A stretch of DNA of 64,000 nt from Zygnema circumcarinatum SAG 698-1b (GCA_037447605.1 CM074804.1:2356001-2420000), one strand, 5' to 3'; positions 1 to 22,361 are shown, numbered from the stretch's first letter. Program-made: numbers and translations. The notes: generated by a model from the letters alone, not told the origin.

Positions 1-53
1 CCTCCAAGTCCTCCGCCGCCGCGCCGCACCGCCCCTCCACCTCCGCTGCCATC
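1..53 (-). CDS. Probable exon of a minus-strand gene running off the window edge (MAAEVEGRCGAAAEDLE...), product unknown
   Basis: On the minus strand a long pyrimidine tract (complement of the GA tract at 60-170) ends in TGCAG, followed by G-ATG-GCA-GCG... open to position 1. Too short to identify. Confidence 0.3.
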
Positions 54-623
54 CTGCAGGGGAGGGAGAGGGGGGAGAGGGAGGGAGGGAGGGAGGGAGG
101 GAGGGAGGGAGGGAGGGAGGGACACAGGGAGAGGGCGCGCTCGCGGGAATGGGAGAGGGAGAGGGAGAGGGATAAGGCGACGGCGGCTGAGCCTGAGAAA
201 GAGCCTGAGAGTAGCCGAGGCCACGCGGCAGCGGGAGGGGGGGGCTGAGCCCGCGCCCGGCGGCACTTTTTGGAGCGGGCAGGCCTGGGCAGGCCATGTC
301 ATTGGCGGAAATAGTGGGCGGGCAGGAATAAAATAGTTTTTCCTGACCGGCAGGACTGTTGGCCTGCGGGCAGTTGCCGCGAAGTTGCCCGTTTGGGTTG
401 CGACGGAGTTTTGGCTGCGACGAAGGAACGCTCTTCCATGCGCGGCGCGCTGTTGGACGGGCGGTCGCTGCCTTGTTGACGGACCTTGGGATATTTTTGA
501 ACTAATATTTCATGGAACCGTGAAACGGCCACATGGAACGATTCCTAGCCAAGGAAACCGACTTTAACTAAACTCCAGTTTAGTTAAAGTCGGTAAAGAT
601 ACGTGCCTAAGATCCATGGGAGT

Positions 624-905
624 GGAGGGGGAGAGGGAGAGGGAGGGAGGGAGAGGGAGAGGAGAGGGAGAGGGAGAGGGCGAGGGCGAGGCGAGGGCGA
701 GGGCGGAGGGCGGAGGCGAGGCGAGGCGAAGCGGCGGCGAAGCGAAGCGAAGCGAAGCGAAGCGAAGCGGCGAAGCGGCGAAGCGAAGCGGCGGCGAAGC
801 GGCGGCGAAGCGGCGAAGCGGCGAGGCGGCGGCGGCGGCGGCGGCGAGGCGAGGCGGCGAAGCGGCGGCGGCGGCGGCGGCGGCGAGGCGAGGCGGCGGC
901 GGCGA

Positions 906-938
<33 letters not shown>

Positions 939-2008
939 GCGAGGCGAAGCGGCGGCGAAGCGAAGCGAAGCGGCGAGGCGAGGCGAGGGCGAGGGCGAGG
1001 GAGAGGGAGAGGAGAAGGAGAGGGAGAGGAGAGGGAGAGAGGAGAGGAGAGGGAGAGGGAGAGGGCGAGGGCGAGGCGAGGCGAGGCGAGGCGAGGCGAG
1101 GCGAGGCGAGGCGAGGCGGCGGCGGCGAGGCGGCGGCGGCGAGGCGAGGCGAGGCGGCGAGGCGGCGGCGGCGAGGCGGCGGCGGCGAGGCGAGGCGAGG
1201 CGAGGCGAGGCGAGGCGGCGGCGGCGGCGGCGGCGGCGAGGCGAGGCGAGGGCGAGGGCCAGGGCCAGGGCGAGGGCGAGGCGAGGCGAGGCGAGGCGAG
1301 GGCGAGGGCCAGGGCGAGGGCCAGGGCGAGGGCGAGGCGAGGCGAGGCGAGGCGAAGCGGCGGCGAAGCGAAGCGAAGCGAAGCGAAGCGAAGCGAAGCG
1401 AAGCGGCGAAGCGAAGCGAGAAGCGGCGAAGCGAAGCGGCGGCGAAGCGAAGCGAAGCGGCGAGGCGAGGCGAGGGCGAGGGCGAGGCGGAGGGCGAGGG
1501 CGAGGGAGAGGGAGAGAGGGAGAGGAGAGGAGAGGGAGAGGGAGGGAGAGGAGAGGGAGGGAGAGGAGAGGGAGAGGAGAGGCGAGGCGGCGAGGCGAGG
1601 CGAAGCGGCGAGGCGAGGCGAGGCGAGGCGGCGGCGAAGCGAAGCGAAAGCGAAAGCGAAAGCGAAGCGAAGCGAAGCGAAGCGGCGAAGCGGCGAAGCG
1701 AAGAAGCGAAGCGGCGAGGCGAGGCGAGGGCGAGGGCGAAGGCGAGGGCGAGGGCGAGGGAGAGGGAGAGGAGAGGAGAGGGAGAGAGAGGGAGAGGAGA
1801 GGGAGAGGAGGGAGAGGAGGGAGAGGGAGAGGAGAAGGAGAGGGAGAGGAGAGGGAGAGGAGAAGGGAGAGGAGAGAGGGAGAAGGAGAGGGGAGGAGAG
1901 GAGAGGAGAAGGGAGAGGGAGAGGGAGAGGAGAGGAGGGAGAGGAGGGAGAGGGAGGAGGAGGGAGGGAGAGGGAGAGGGAGGAGAGGGAGAGGGAGGGA
2001 GGAGGGAA
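624..2008. repeat. Compound microsatellite (GAGGGA / GGAGA / GAGGC / GAAGC / GGC) with no T on the plus strand
   Basis: No T between 623 and 2009. This alone explains why all six frames are open in the ORF track. Confidence 0.95.
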
Positions 2009-3040
2009 TGATGGAATGGTGCTGTAGTCAAAATGATGATGCCCAAGTACGGTTGGTGTTTGCCCCCATGGTTTCCGTTTTTCCCTCCTTTGGATTGGTG
2101 CGAATGGGTACTCGAATGCATAAGCAAACTGACCATGTTTGCGCCGACAACACATTGCTCGTGCCATGGTTGCAAGCTCCATGGCATGGCATGGCTTAAC
2201 GTGGCGTGATGGCTTTCACACGCGCGGGCTCTCCGCGGCCCATGTCATTCCACGAGCCCTCGCAACATGGTGCCTTGCTCCCTCACGTCGCACAGGCGTC
2301 GCATGGCCTGGACGGCGTCGCGTTTCAGTCGCACTACAAGAGATTTGTCGCACTATGAGACAGTGTTTTGCCGTTGTAGTCAACAGGAGGCAAAACAGCA
2401 GTCTCATCAAATTGAGGAATTTTGAAATTACAAAAATAACAAATTCTGTTGCTTTGTACGAAGAACGCACATGTGACAGTTTTTGGTCAAGCGGTCTCAC
2501 AAAAGGTGCAACCAGCGGTATCCCTCGGCCCCAAACTACAAATCAACTTTCCCAGAAAAAGGGAAGGTCTGCAGTCACCCAGATTCATCCGGCTATTATT
2601 TTACTTTCGGCCAGGACGCGGCTCTTTTCTTTCTATTTTCAAAAAATTAAAAGATATAGAGACCACCTTTTGAAGGTGCGGGGAAGGGGGGAAGAGCTGT
2701 AGCGTTTTAGGGCTACAGACTCATGAGCTATAGGTTCTTTTAGGGTTGAGCTGAGACTTTCGGCATAATATCATCAGGAACAATCTTCAAAGCCATTCTT
2801 GTTGTTCTTTTTAGCTCACCTCTTGTTTGGGAGGGACGGAGTCTGCCTCTTTGGCGCTCAGCAGTAAGGGCACAGCTCAGCTTTTCGGGTTCAGGCTTTG
2901 TAGGGTCTGTGTGTTTTGTTTTCCGTTTATTTTTCTTCTCTCCTCCCTCTCTCCCTGCCACCCTCGTTCTCTCCGTCCTCCCTCCCACTCTCTCTCCTTA
3001 CTGCCTCTCTCGCTCTATCCCTCCCTCCGGTGCTGCTGAA

Positions 3041-4740
3041 ATGCAGCAGCTTCACACTGCCTGCGTTAGCGAAGCAGGTGGCAGCGTTGCATACCTGCCC
3101 TCAGCAATTTCGGTTAGTTTTAGGGTTAGGGCTGAGATTAGCGTTAGGGATAGGGCAGGAGCAGCCAGCCCCAGCACTCACGCCAACTGTCTGGCTATCT
3201 GCAGACCTTTATCTTCTTTAACTTGTAGCAGCCATGGCTTCGAAGGAGTGCTTGCAGGAAGGAAGTGTTTTGAGAGCGGAGGGGAAGAGAGTGGAAGACT
3301 GAGAGAAGTGGAGTCAGGGGTGTTCCATGGCTACTCTCAGTCAAAGAGAAGGAGAAGGAGCATTAGGGTTACTGCGGCATCAAGAGATTCACCGTACGAA
3401 ATTTTGGGTGTTTCAAGGACGGCGACAGAGAAAGAGATAAAATCGGCGTATAGAAAGCTTGCTCTGAAATACCATCCGGATGTGAATAAATCAGTAAGTG
3501 AAATGAAAGATTAGAGTTTGATACTTGTTACACATGCGGGCTGATAGGCATACATTTATGCATGCAGGTGTACACAGTTACGTGTAGATGTACAGGTTTG
3601 TGCATATGCACGTGACTCCATATTTTCATACCTGGGTGTCTTGCTTCCTCTCCTCCTCCTCTCTTCTCACTCTCACTTACTCTCTCCCTCTTCCCTCTCT
3701 CTCTACTATCCGCCCTCTATAACCTCATTTTGTCCATGCCAAAAAGACTTAGAGGCGTTCACCTCATTCTGAAAAAGTGATTTGAGTTTTCTCTCTTTCC
3801 CACACTCTCTCTTTCTTCCCCCTTACCTTCCTCTCGCTCCCTCTTTTCCCTCTCCCTCCATCTCCCTCTCCCTTGTCCCCTCTCCCCCCTCTCTCTGCTT
3901 CCTCCCCACTCTCTCTCCCTCTCGTGCAGCCAGACGCACAAGAAACATTTGTGCGCATAAAGCAGGCGTACCAAACCCTAAGCGATCCGGACATGAAGGC
4001 AAAGCACGACCGCGCCTCGTCGGGAGCCGGGGGAGGCACTTCTTGGGGCAGCGATTTCGACCCCTTCAGCTGGGCGGGAAGCAGCCGACAGAGAAAGAAG
4101 GAGGAAGAGGAGTTCTACGGCTTCGGTGAGCTGCGTTTTACATGAAGATATTATTCATTTCTGCCCCTCTTAAACCACTATTAGAAAATGAGGGATTTTC
4201 TAATATGTCCTGCTTCTGTCCTTCTGCAGGGGATTTTTTCCGGGACCTTGAAAACGACCTTGAGAAGAGACAGGCGGCACGGAGTGGAAAGCCGAGAAGT
4301 CTGTGGGAGGAACTGCAGGTAAGCTTTTTTTTGTGAAAAAAATACTTTTTAAGCACTTCATCTCTCTTTTCATGCATCCGGATGTGAAGAAAATCTGGCA
4401 AAGCATGCAATTAGCTCTTACACCTTCTAGACCAGTTTGCCAATTGAAGCCGAATATGTTTATTTTATTTTTCTTTTTTTCCCTATGAATGACGCACGCG
4501 CAGGAAGTTGGAGAGGAGTTTGTAGATTTTTTAGAAAAAAACCTTCCGGAAGAGCCAAAGGTGAAAGACCCTTTAAAAAAGGAATATGAGGATTTCACCT
4601 CCAATAGCAAAGGCTACAAGCAACCAAGCTCGACGAATGGGAAAGCGACAGCTCAGCAATCGAATTCCTCGTCGTCTAAGTCCGTGGAGCAAGAGATTGA
4701 CGATATGTTGGCTAAGCTTAAAAAGGAAATGGGGTTTTAA
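3041..4740 (+). CDS. Type III J-domain (DnaJ) protein, probably plastid-targeted, resembling the Arabidopsis DJC73/At5g59610 type. Exons 3041-3493, 3930-4125, 4230-4318, 4504-4740
   Basis: Spliced frame gives [35 protein letters not shown]|[19 protein letters not shown] (HPD motif), then FYGF|[15 protein letters not shown]|[12 protein letters not shown] and [19 protein letters not shown] introns have consistent phases. Ser/Arg-rich N-terminus resembles a transit peptide. Confidence 0.9.
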
Positions 4741-4999
4741 CCTATTTATACCTAAATATGTTATAGCTTTCGATAAGATGTAAAATGGTAACATGGGGTG
4801 GACTCGTTTCCATTGTATTTCATATATTGTTCTTTTTATGGAACGAGGGTAAACGTGCTTGTACGGAATGTGCCATAGGGTCTGGGGTCTGACTAGGTTT
4901 GGGATTTTGGTTAGCCGTAGGGAAGCCGTAGGGCCGCCGATTGGGAATTTGAGTTTTTCCTCCCTTGTGCCGTGTTGGCATAAAGAGAAGTAAGGAGTA

Positions 5000-5483
5000 C
5001 AGTCTAATCACGTTATAGTGACACTGTTTATAAGAACAGCATGGATATACTGACTTTTTTTCCGGGAACGAAATTGCACCACTGCAGATCCTCCGCCAGT
5101 AATGACGCCATTACGGATATAATGACGTTGAAAAACCCTGATTGTTACTATATATTCAAAATGTCGATATTATCCACCCACATATTGGAATATGCGTTAC
5201 AAATATATTACGACCGTACACATTATCGACTAATATCGTCGGATATCGAGTTGACCGTACATATCAACTTGTCCGTACACATGCTCACTAGGGTTCGTAC
5301 ACACCTACCCACGTGACGACTGCCCAAAAAGTACAATATACGGTATCAAAGTAGTACGGATATACCGCAAAAACATATGTAATAACATTGTTACTATAAA
5401 TGTGAAATGACAAACGGGTCATTACCCATATAGTGACACAAATGTGTGGGGACCGACACAGTCACTATAACGTGATTAGACTG
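5000..5483. mobile_element. Tc1/mariner-type MITE (484 bp)
   Basis: Perfect 23-bp TIR CAGTCTAATCACGTTATAGTGAC / GTCACTATAACGTGATTAGACTG, TA on both sides (4998-4999, 5484-5485), no ORF. A subterminal TATAGTGACAC copy lies near 5430. Confidence 0.88.
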
Positions 5484-5920
5484 TATTGCTAATGTGGAAC
5501 TGGGTCAGTTTCCCTTTTTTTGCACTCCCCCACTCCCCCACTCCCACTCTCGCTCCCTTTCTCCCACTCGCCGTTCGTGACACGATATCATGGAATGATA
5601 CAATACGATCAGATTATTGCGATATGTATTTGGATATCAATACCGCTCACAGACTAACCGATATGCGATGCTTTGCGATGCGAAAGATATTGCGATACGA
5701 TATGATACGATACGACATTTAACATAGAACGATACAGTGGAACACGCTATTTCTGACACTGTCAAACTGTCGCATGTGACGCCTCCCACGCCCTCTCCCT
5801 CCCTCCCTCCCTCCCTCGCCCGCGCCCTTCCTCGGCCGGCCAGGAGCCCTAGTTGGCCTGGCCTGGCTGGTGCTGCGCGCTCGAGCTCGTCGGGAGAAGC
5901 AGCGGGTGAGCGCCCGCGGC

Positions 5921-6904
5921 ATGCTGGGAGTGGTGGTGGGCCTCCTGCGGGGCCGCAGTGTGCCCCGGACGGGCCTGAAGCAGCTCACTTCCAAGCGCGC
6001 GGGGAAGGGCTTCTACAAGGGCAAGGGCTGCCGCACCATGGGCCGCCACACTCGTAAAGGTGGGCTCTATTGCTCTCGTCACTTCCCCTCCCCCTCCCTC
6101 TCCCTCTCCCTCTCCCTCTCCCTCTCCCTCTCCCTCTCTCCCTCTCCCTCTCCCTCTCCCTCTCCCTCTCCCTCTCCCTCTCCCTCGGGAGGCGCCTCTC
6201 GTCCCACCCCCTCCCCACCCCTCGCCTTCTCCCGCCCCGTGCACCCCACCCTAGTACTCTTAAGACCTGAAATGAACTCTCGAATAAGCCTTGACCACTT
6301 CTCGGACGCCACACATGTGTTTGATTTGTGTGCGTGTGTGTGAGTTTATTTTTTAAATTTAAAGTTTAAGAGTTTAAAATCGTTGTTTCTCACAAGGTGA
6401 TTGTGGCTGGTAGAGGTTTGAGGTTCTGCAGGAGGATATATTCTTATGGAGGAGAAGATGCCCACATATGTTGTGCCTGATCTCACTGATTTCAAGGCAA
6501 GCTTTTAAACCCTAATATCCAGGTCCCAAAAACCTAGACTGTGAATTAATGGTGAATGAAGAAGCCTACCCCCCCAGCATGCTTTTAGAACTTTGTTGTT
6601 ATTTTATTTGCCTCCAATTTGATGTTAGGTTTGAATGATTTGGAGCTTTGCCTGGTTTATTTTTACATGTTCTTGGTATTTTTGCTGACATTTCAACGTC
6701 TTGAACGTTTTTTTACGTAGAGAATCCTAAGTCCTAGACTGATACATAAGATTCAATCGTCTCCTCGGAGGGGTGAGAAGTCTCATTAAAGTGAGGGGAA
6801 TTCGGCTGTGTTTCGTGCTACAGTTGAATCCATATGTTTCTTTCTTAGCATCGAAGAAACCGGCAAAAAGCGGGAATCCAGCGGAAACAAACGCAAGCGC
6901 TTAA
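5921..6904 (+). CDS. MRPL41: Mitochondrial large-subunit ribosomal protein mL41 (yeast YmL27 family). Exons 5921-6059, 6432-6496, 6824-6904
   Basis: Spliced product MLGVVVGLLRGRSVPRTGLKQLTSKRAGKGFYKGKGCRTMGRHTRKG|GYILMEEKMPTYVVPDLTDFK|LNPYVSF...* carries the family motifs TSKR.GKGFYKGKG and YVVPDL..F.L.PYV. Intron 2 is GC-AG. Confidence 0.9.
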
Positions 6905-7828
6905 ACGAAAGTCAAACAGAGGCTGCAAACAATTGCACTTTATCTCTCAATTCAAACAATTTACGAAGTTCAGTATTCCTTACACCTTGAAGACCGCTGT
7001 AAGCTTAGAAAATGCTTTCCTAAAATCTTTTTTTTTTTATTTTTTTTCGAAGGAGGGGCTGAGTACTTGTGCTGTGGAGGGATTGTTTCACGGCGTTTCT
7101 GTTCGAGTCTGAGGGTTTGCAACATTAGGGTTAGGGTCAGGGTTACTTGAGGAAGTAGCGACATGCAGCAAAGGTAGAGTGGTGAGGACGATCTTCTCAT
7201 TTCATTCACAAAATGATGTAAACATACAGACTTCCTTTCACAGTGATGTGCCGTTGTGTACATGCAAAATGGCAATGCAACGGAAAACTGACATGTGGCT
7301 CAGTTTGCCCTCAGGTCATCTCCTTGGCTGTTCATGCTTGTTTCGTTTCTTACCACGTTGACAATGTGGTGCAATTTTACTGCATTCTGAACGGAGCAAA
7401 ATGACAAGGAACTGGACACAACACAGTATCAAAACAGAACAGGACAGAACGAAACGAGCCGACAACGGGGATGGCTTGCAACAAAGTAAGCACACACAAA
7501 AGGTTTCATTTTTCACAGAATTTTCCTTCAGATTTCAGGCCTAAAAAGAAACAGACAGCTCTCAAAACCACACTATACACTTTTTTTCCCGCAACTAGAA
7601 ACCGTCACTCTAGACCGCCTGCCTCACTATGGCTGTGATTTTACGCTCTTTCAAAAAAAAAATTAAGCTTGAGAATTCTAAAACTGCCCCAAAAATTTAA
7701 GACTTCGACCAATTGAAGTCAGCCAATGGCTGACCTGATTCTAAGCGATCTATTGGAGAACGTTAAGCCTATGAAAAAGTGACACATGTCATCGCCAAAA
7801 TCTCCAAATATGTACTGCAGACGTCACC

Positions 7829-10120
7829 CTAATTTGCCTTCCCTTTCCCCTCCATAGTGCAAGCGTTTTGATCGCATTCAAGTGCCCCCCATCGGGCTTC
7901 AACTCTCTCACACGAAAATTGCGGTTTATCAAGGCTGCAAAAATGATGGGAAAAAAAAAAAAAAAACGTGAAAATGACCAATTTTTTTTCTCGACGTTCT
8001 GTCTTTATTTCAAAAAGGAGCCCCCCCCNNNNNNNNNNCCCCCCCCCCCCCCCCCCCCTCTTGAATCTGAAGGCTGACTGAAACAGAAGATTGAACTTGA
8101 ACGAAATAAAGCCCGAGATACAATATTTTGCCTGATAGGTAGTTTTAAGCAACAAATTTAACCAAATTATGTACGGAAAACAAAACGTTCAAACACATTT
8201 GAAAAAGAATAATGATAATAATAAAAAAAAACTTACCTACGATTCACGACATTGTGTATGCGGCACATCCACTGAGCCAATTCCGGCCCCGATGAAGCAA
8301 CCGGGGGGTTACTCCTGCTCCCTCCCACAGGCCAAAAGTGTGACTACCTATAAGGTAAGGAGCCATAAATTGAATATTATTTCACCTCAGCAAAAAAATC
8401 ACCTTCATCAAGAACCACTTATCTCTAATATTGCAATTCCACTACTACCTGCCCTAAAACCAAACTTTCTTCGCGCAGGAAACGAGGAATACCTAATGAC
8501 TTCCTTGAAGTGTTCGGCACATATCCGGCAAGGATATATTCTCGTCAAAATGTGCATCTGCCAACACAAAAAAGAAAAACCCGACTGCGTACCATTTAGA
8601 TTCCTACGGTATAGGGACAGGGGTGGGNNNNNNNNNNGGAGGGAGGGAGGGAGGGAGGGAGGGAGGGAGGGGAAAATGACTTACTAACTCCTTCACGTCT
8701 TTCTGCTGTTGCCGAGTTGGATGTTCCGGAAACTGCGCGTCATCCCTCCTGGCACACACCACAGCATCAGAGAAGCCCATGCAGCAGTTACCTTAAATTC
8801 TAAATTCTAAGAAATCCCTAAAATGTGCCCAAAACTAAGTACGCCCAGAACCGAGAAATCGAGAAATCGAGAAATCGGAAAAAAAAACTCCAATAACCTC
8901 CATCTAAATGCCCCAAACGTGCAATTTAGCAGAATTTGAATCAGCGAAATTTTAAAGTTAATGGAAGTTCCGAGGCTGCTGGACCCACCTGCGCTGCCAG
9001 AGTGTGCAGAAACGTCCATGTGGCGCGGCCCAATTCTTGTCTATCTACTGGCACTCCCTCCAATTTCCGCTACAGAAAATATTGGTATAGAGAGCGAGAA
9101 GAGGAAGAAGAGGGGTGGCGGGAGGAAGAGAAAGAGAAAGAGAGAGAGAGAGTGCGTGGGGAGTAGATTAAAATTTATTAGGGTATTGGTATTGAAGTTC
9201 GTCTCAACCCAGAAAGCCTGCACGACTCGTGAAGACGGAGGTCTGACAGGAGGAAAACAATGACTTATAAATACGAAAAAAATAACGAATGAGCATGAAC
9301 ATTGAATTAAGAAAGCAAAAGAAACTTTACAATCTCACCTGCTTCGCAAGCGCCAGTTGGAGCTGCGCCTGCTCCCAGCTCTCACTTTCATCAACTTCTA
9401 CCGGGAAAGGCGGGAGAGAGGTGAAATCCTCTCTCTCCTCTCCCCCCACCATCCAAGACTGCACATAATAAAAAATTAAGGGACCATAAGAACTTACCCC
9501 CTGTAACAATATTCAACAATGGATTTTGCAAAAAACCACTAAAAAAAAAGAATACGAATAAAAGAGACCCAATTCCTTACCTCCCCATCATCGCCCTCCA
9601 TCCCCACGAACGGACTCTCCCCCATCGCCCTGGTTTTAATCGGTCTTAAATTTATTTTATTTTCCTTTTCGTCCCCCTCGTCCTTTTCGACAATTGTAGT
9701 CGAAATTTCCATTCTGCCCCACTCCCCCTCTCCTCCTTCCATACCCCTTCCTCCATCCAGCGCAGAGGTATGCCACGTGGAAGTGACACGTGTCACGCTC
9801 CCGACGCTGGCGCCCTCCTCGCCTGGAATCGACGACTGAGATTTCGTTCTACCCGCTTTGGGACGACTCGGCTTCCTGCTCTTCCTGGGAGACCCTCCTT
9901 TCCTCACCTTCTTTTGGACACGTGACGAGCCACGTGGCATAGCTTCGTGGATGCCACGTGGCAGATTCTCAAATACACGTGGCAGCTGAACTTTTTCCTT
10001 AGCATCATCAAGAGCCGCCTGCCACCTGTCGTGGACGCCCCTGGTGAAGCCCCCCCACGTGCGAGCAGCTTCCTCCGGGAGTTTGAGGATTGTACGGAAT
10101 GCCTCCTCCAAGGGCGCCAT
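7829..10120 (-). CDS. ERV1: ERV1/ALR FAD-dependent sulfhydryl oxidase, plant type. Exons 10120-9581, 9458-9339, 9069-8989, 8732-8685, 8557-8493, 8314-8237, 7934-7829 (alternative start 10240)
   Basis: Spliced frame PVDRQELGRATWTFLHTLAAQ|FPEHPTRQQQKDVKEL|MHILTRIYPCRICAEHFKEVIR|SNPP...QWMCRIHNVVNRS|LDKPQFSCERVEARWGALECDQNAC has the redox CxxC, the structural cysteines and the plant-type C-terminal Cx4C. The two 5' exons are supported only by splice phase. Confidence 0.9.
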
Positions 10121-10239
10121 GGCTTCGAACTCGAAGCTTCCCTCTACTGTATCCTCCAGTGGAGTTACTCCTTTAAGGAGCCCACGTTCTATGTCTATGC
10201 TGGCGGCGCTGCTCCGTTCTGCGTTCAGATCGTGCGCCA

Positions 10240-10387
10240 TCCAACGGCCAGCACTCGGCGAGAGCACACATCCAACGGCTCCCTCGCGCCCTCAGGAAAT
10301 GAGGAATCCAACGGTCACTGGATACCCGCTCGTGCGACATCCAACGGCTCAGAGCCGGTGCTAGAACGAGTTGGCAATTTAACGGCT
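10240..10387. promoter_or_regulatory. Five MSA-like elements (MYB3R core AACGG)
   Basis: TCCAACGGCCA 10240, TCCAACGGCT 10271, TCCAACGGTCA 10307, TCCAACGGCT 10340, TTTAACGGCT 10378. MSA consensus is YCYAACGGYYA. Confidence 0.6.
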
Positions 10388-10420
10388 CTCGCGCGACTCC
10401 ACCCTAACATTGCAAAATGC

Positions 10421-10565
10421 AAACCCTAATTTTAGCCCTAACTCTAAATTTCTTGGTAACCCTAAAAGAGAAATAAAAAATAAAATAACTCAAAGGGAAA
10501 CATTTTTCCTGTCGATCAAACCCTAATCCTAATCCCTAAGCTCTCGTACTTCACTGTAACCCTAA
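10421..10565. promoter_or_regulatory. Telo-box cluster in the ERV1/ABCC divergent intergenic region
   Basis: AAACCCTAA at 10421 and 10518; AACCCTAA at 10458 and 10558. Confidence 0.5.
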
Positions 10566-10919
10566 CATGTACACAAAGCATTAACCTTGTTTAACTTATA
10601 AAGGGAGAGAGAGTGCGAGATAAGGAGAGAGTGAGAGAGGGAGGAAGAGAGAGAGAGACAGAGAGAGAGAAAGAAAGAGAGTGAGAGAGAAAGAGAGAGA
10701 GAGAGAGAGAGGCCCTCAACTGTATTCCGAATTCTAGCTATAGAGCAAACACCAATCCTTTTCCCAAATTCAATTTCTCGTCCTTTTGGCGAAGGAGGAT
10801 GAGGTCAAGCTAAACTCAAACAGAAACCGAAACAGGATGAAGTAAGCAAACCAGGTCTCCTACCTTTTGGAATACTCAAACTTCTTCTTGTTTTCGAGTG
10901 GTGTGATTCTTTTTGGGCA

Positions 10920-21626
<10,707 letters not shown>

Positions 21627-21892
21627 AGGAAGCGGGACAGGCCTTAGGGGCTTCTTCGGGATGTGGGCTTGGGTGAGGAGGTTATGGCCAAGTGTCTTGT
21701 TGACTAATTTATCTTTGTAATGGTTTTTTTTAACTGGTTTTTTGACCAAAGGCAAGCGACCGCACAGCCAAACAAATTGCGCAATTGCCTATTTTTGCAC
21801 CTGACACATGTGACAGGCGCTGTTGAGCGTCGCACTTGACAGTGCGGTCGTTCTCCTGGATCCGTTGCAAAGCACAGTTCCAGTTCTGCCCG

Positions 21893-22361
21893 CACGTGTC
21901 AGTGACGGCCGGGCAGCGCCCGCCCCCTTGGCCTCTGCGCAGTTTCCGTACCGTACGAATGTATTCGTACATTTTTTGTAATTTATATGCCAGGTCATCA
22001 TGACCTCTGTCGCCCCCTTCACGTGTGCGAAAAACTGTTGAGTGAGATCCGTCGGAATTCCAGGTCACGTCACGCTTGCTCCTGATTGGTCGAGAAAATT
22101 TGGCGCCTTCAGACACTGCCACGTGGGTAGGGTCACGCACGTGCAAAACGACTAGCCTAAGGTCGCACGAGCGAGAGATCCGACGGCCTACGATGCTGTG
22201 CTGGCGCGAACCGGGTCGATCCGACGGCCAAGATTCGCTTCAGAGAGGCCGGAAACCGCGGAAGGCTTTACAGCCGTCGATTTGGTTGATCGGACGGCCA
22301 GAATATGTCGTCCGATGACTTTGTACGAATGGTACGGCATGTACGGCCTGCAGAGCACGTG
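21893..22361. promoter_or_regulatory. G-box/ABRE cluster upstream of the DUF584/S40 gene
   Basis: CACGTG at 21893, 22020, 22120, 22138 and 22356. S40-family genes are known to be ABA/senescence-induced. Assigning the boxes to this gene is inference. Confidence 0.4.

Noticed and set aside
584-2199. Four 470-530 aa ORFs on both strands
   Set aside because: Artefact of a T-free tract: no stop codon can occur on either strand, and the translations are simple repeats.
6904-7829. Two mitochondrial-function genes (mL41, ERV1) adjacent and convergent
   Set aside because: One pair is compatible with chance; no shared promoter or other sign of a functional cluster.
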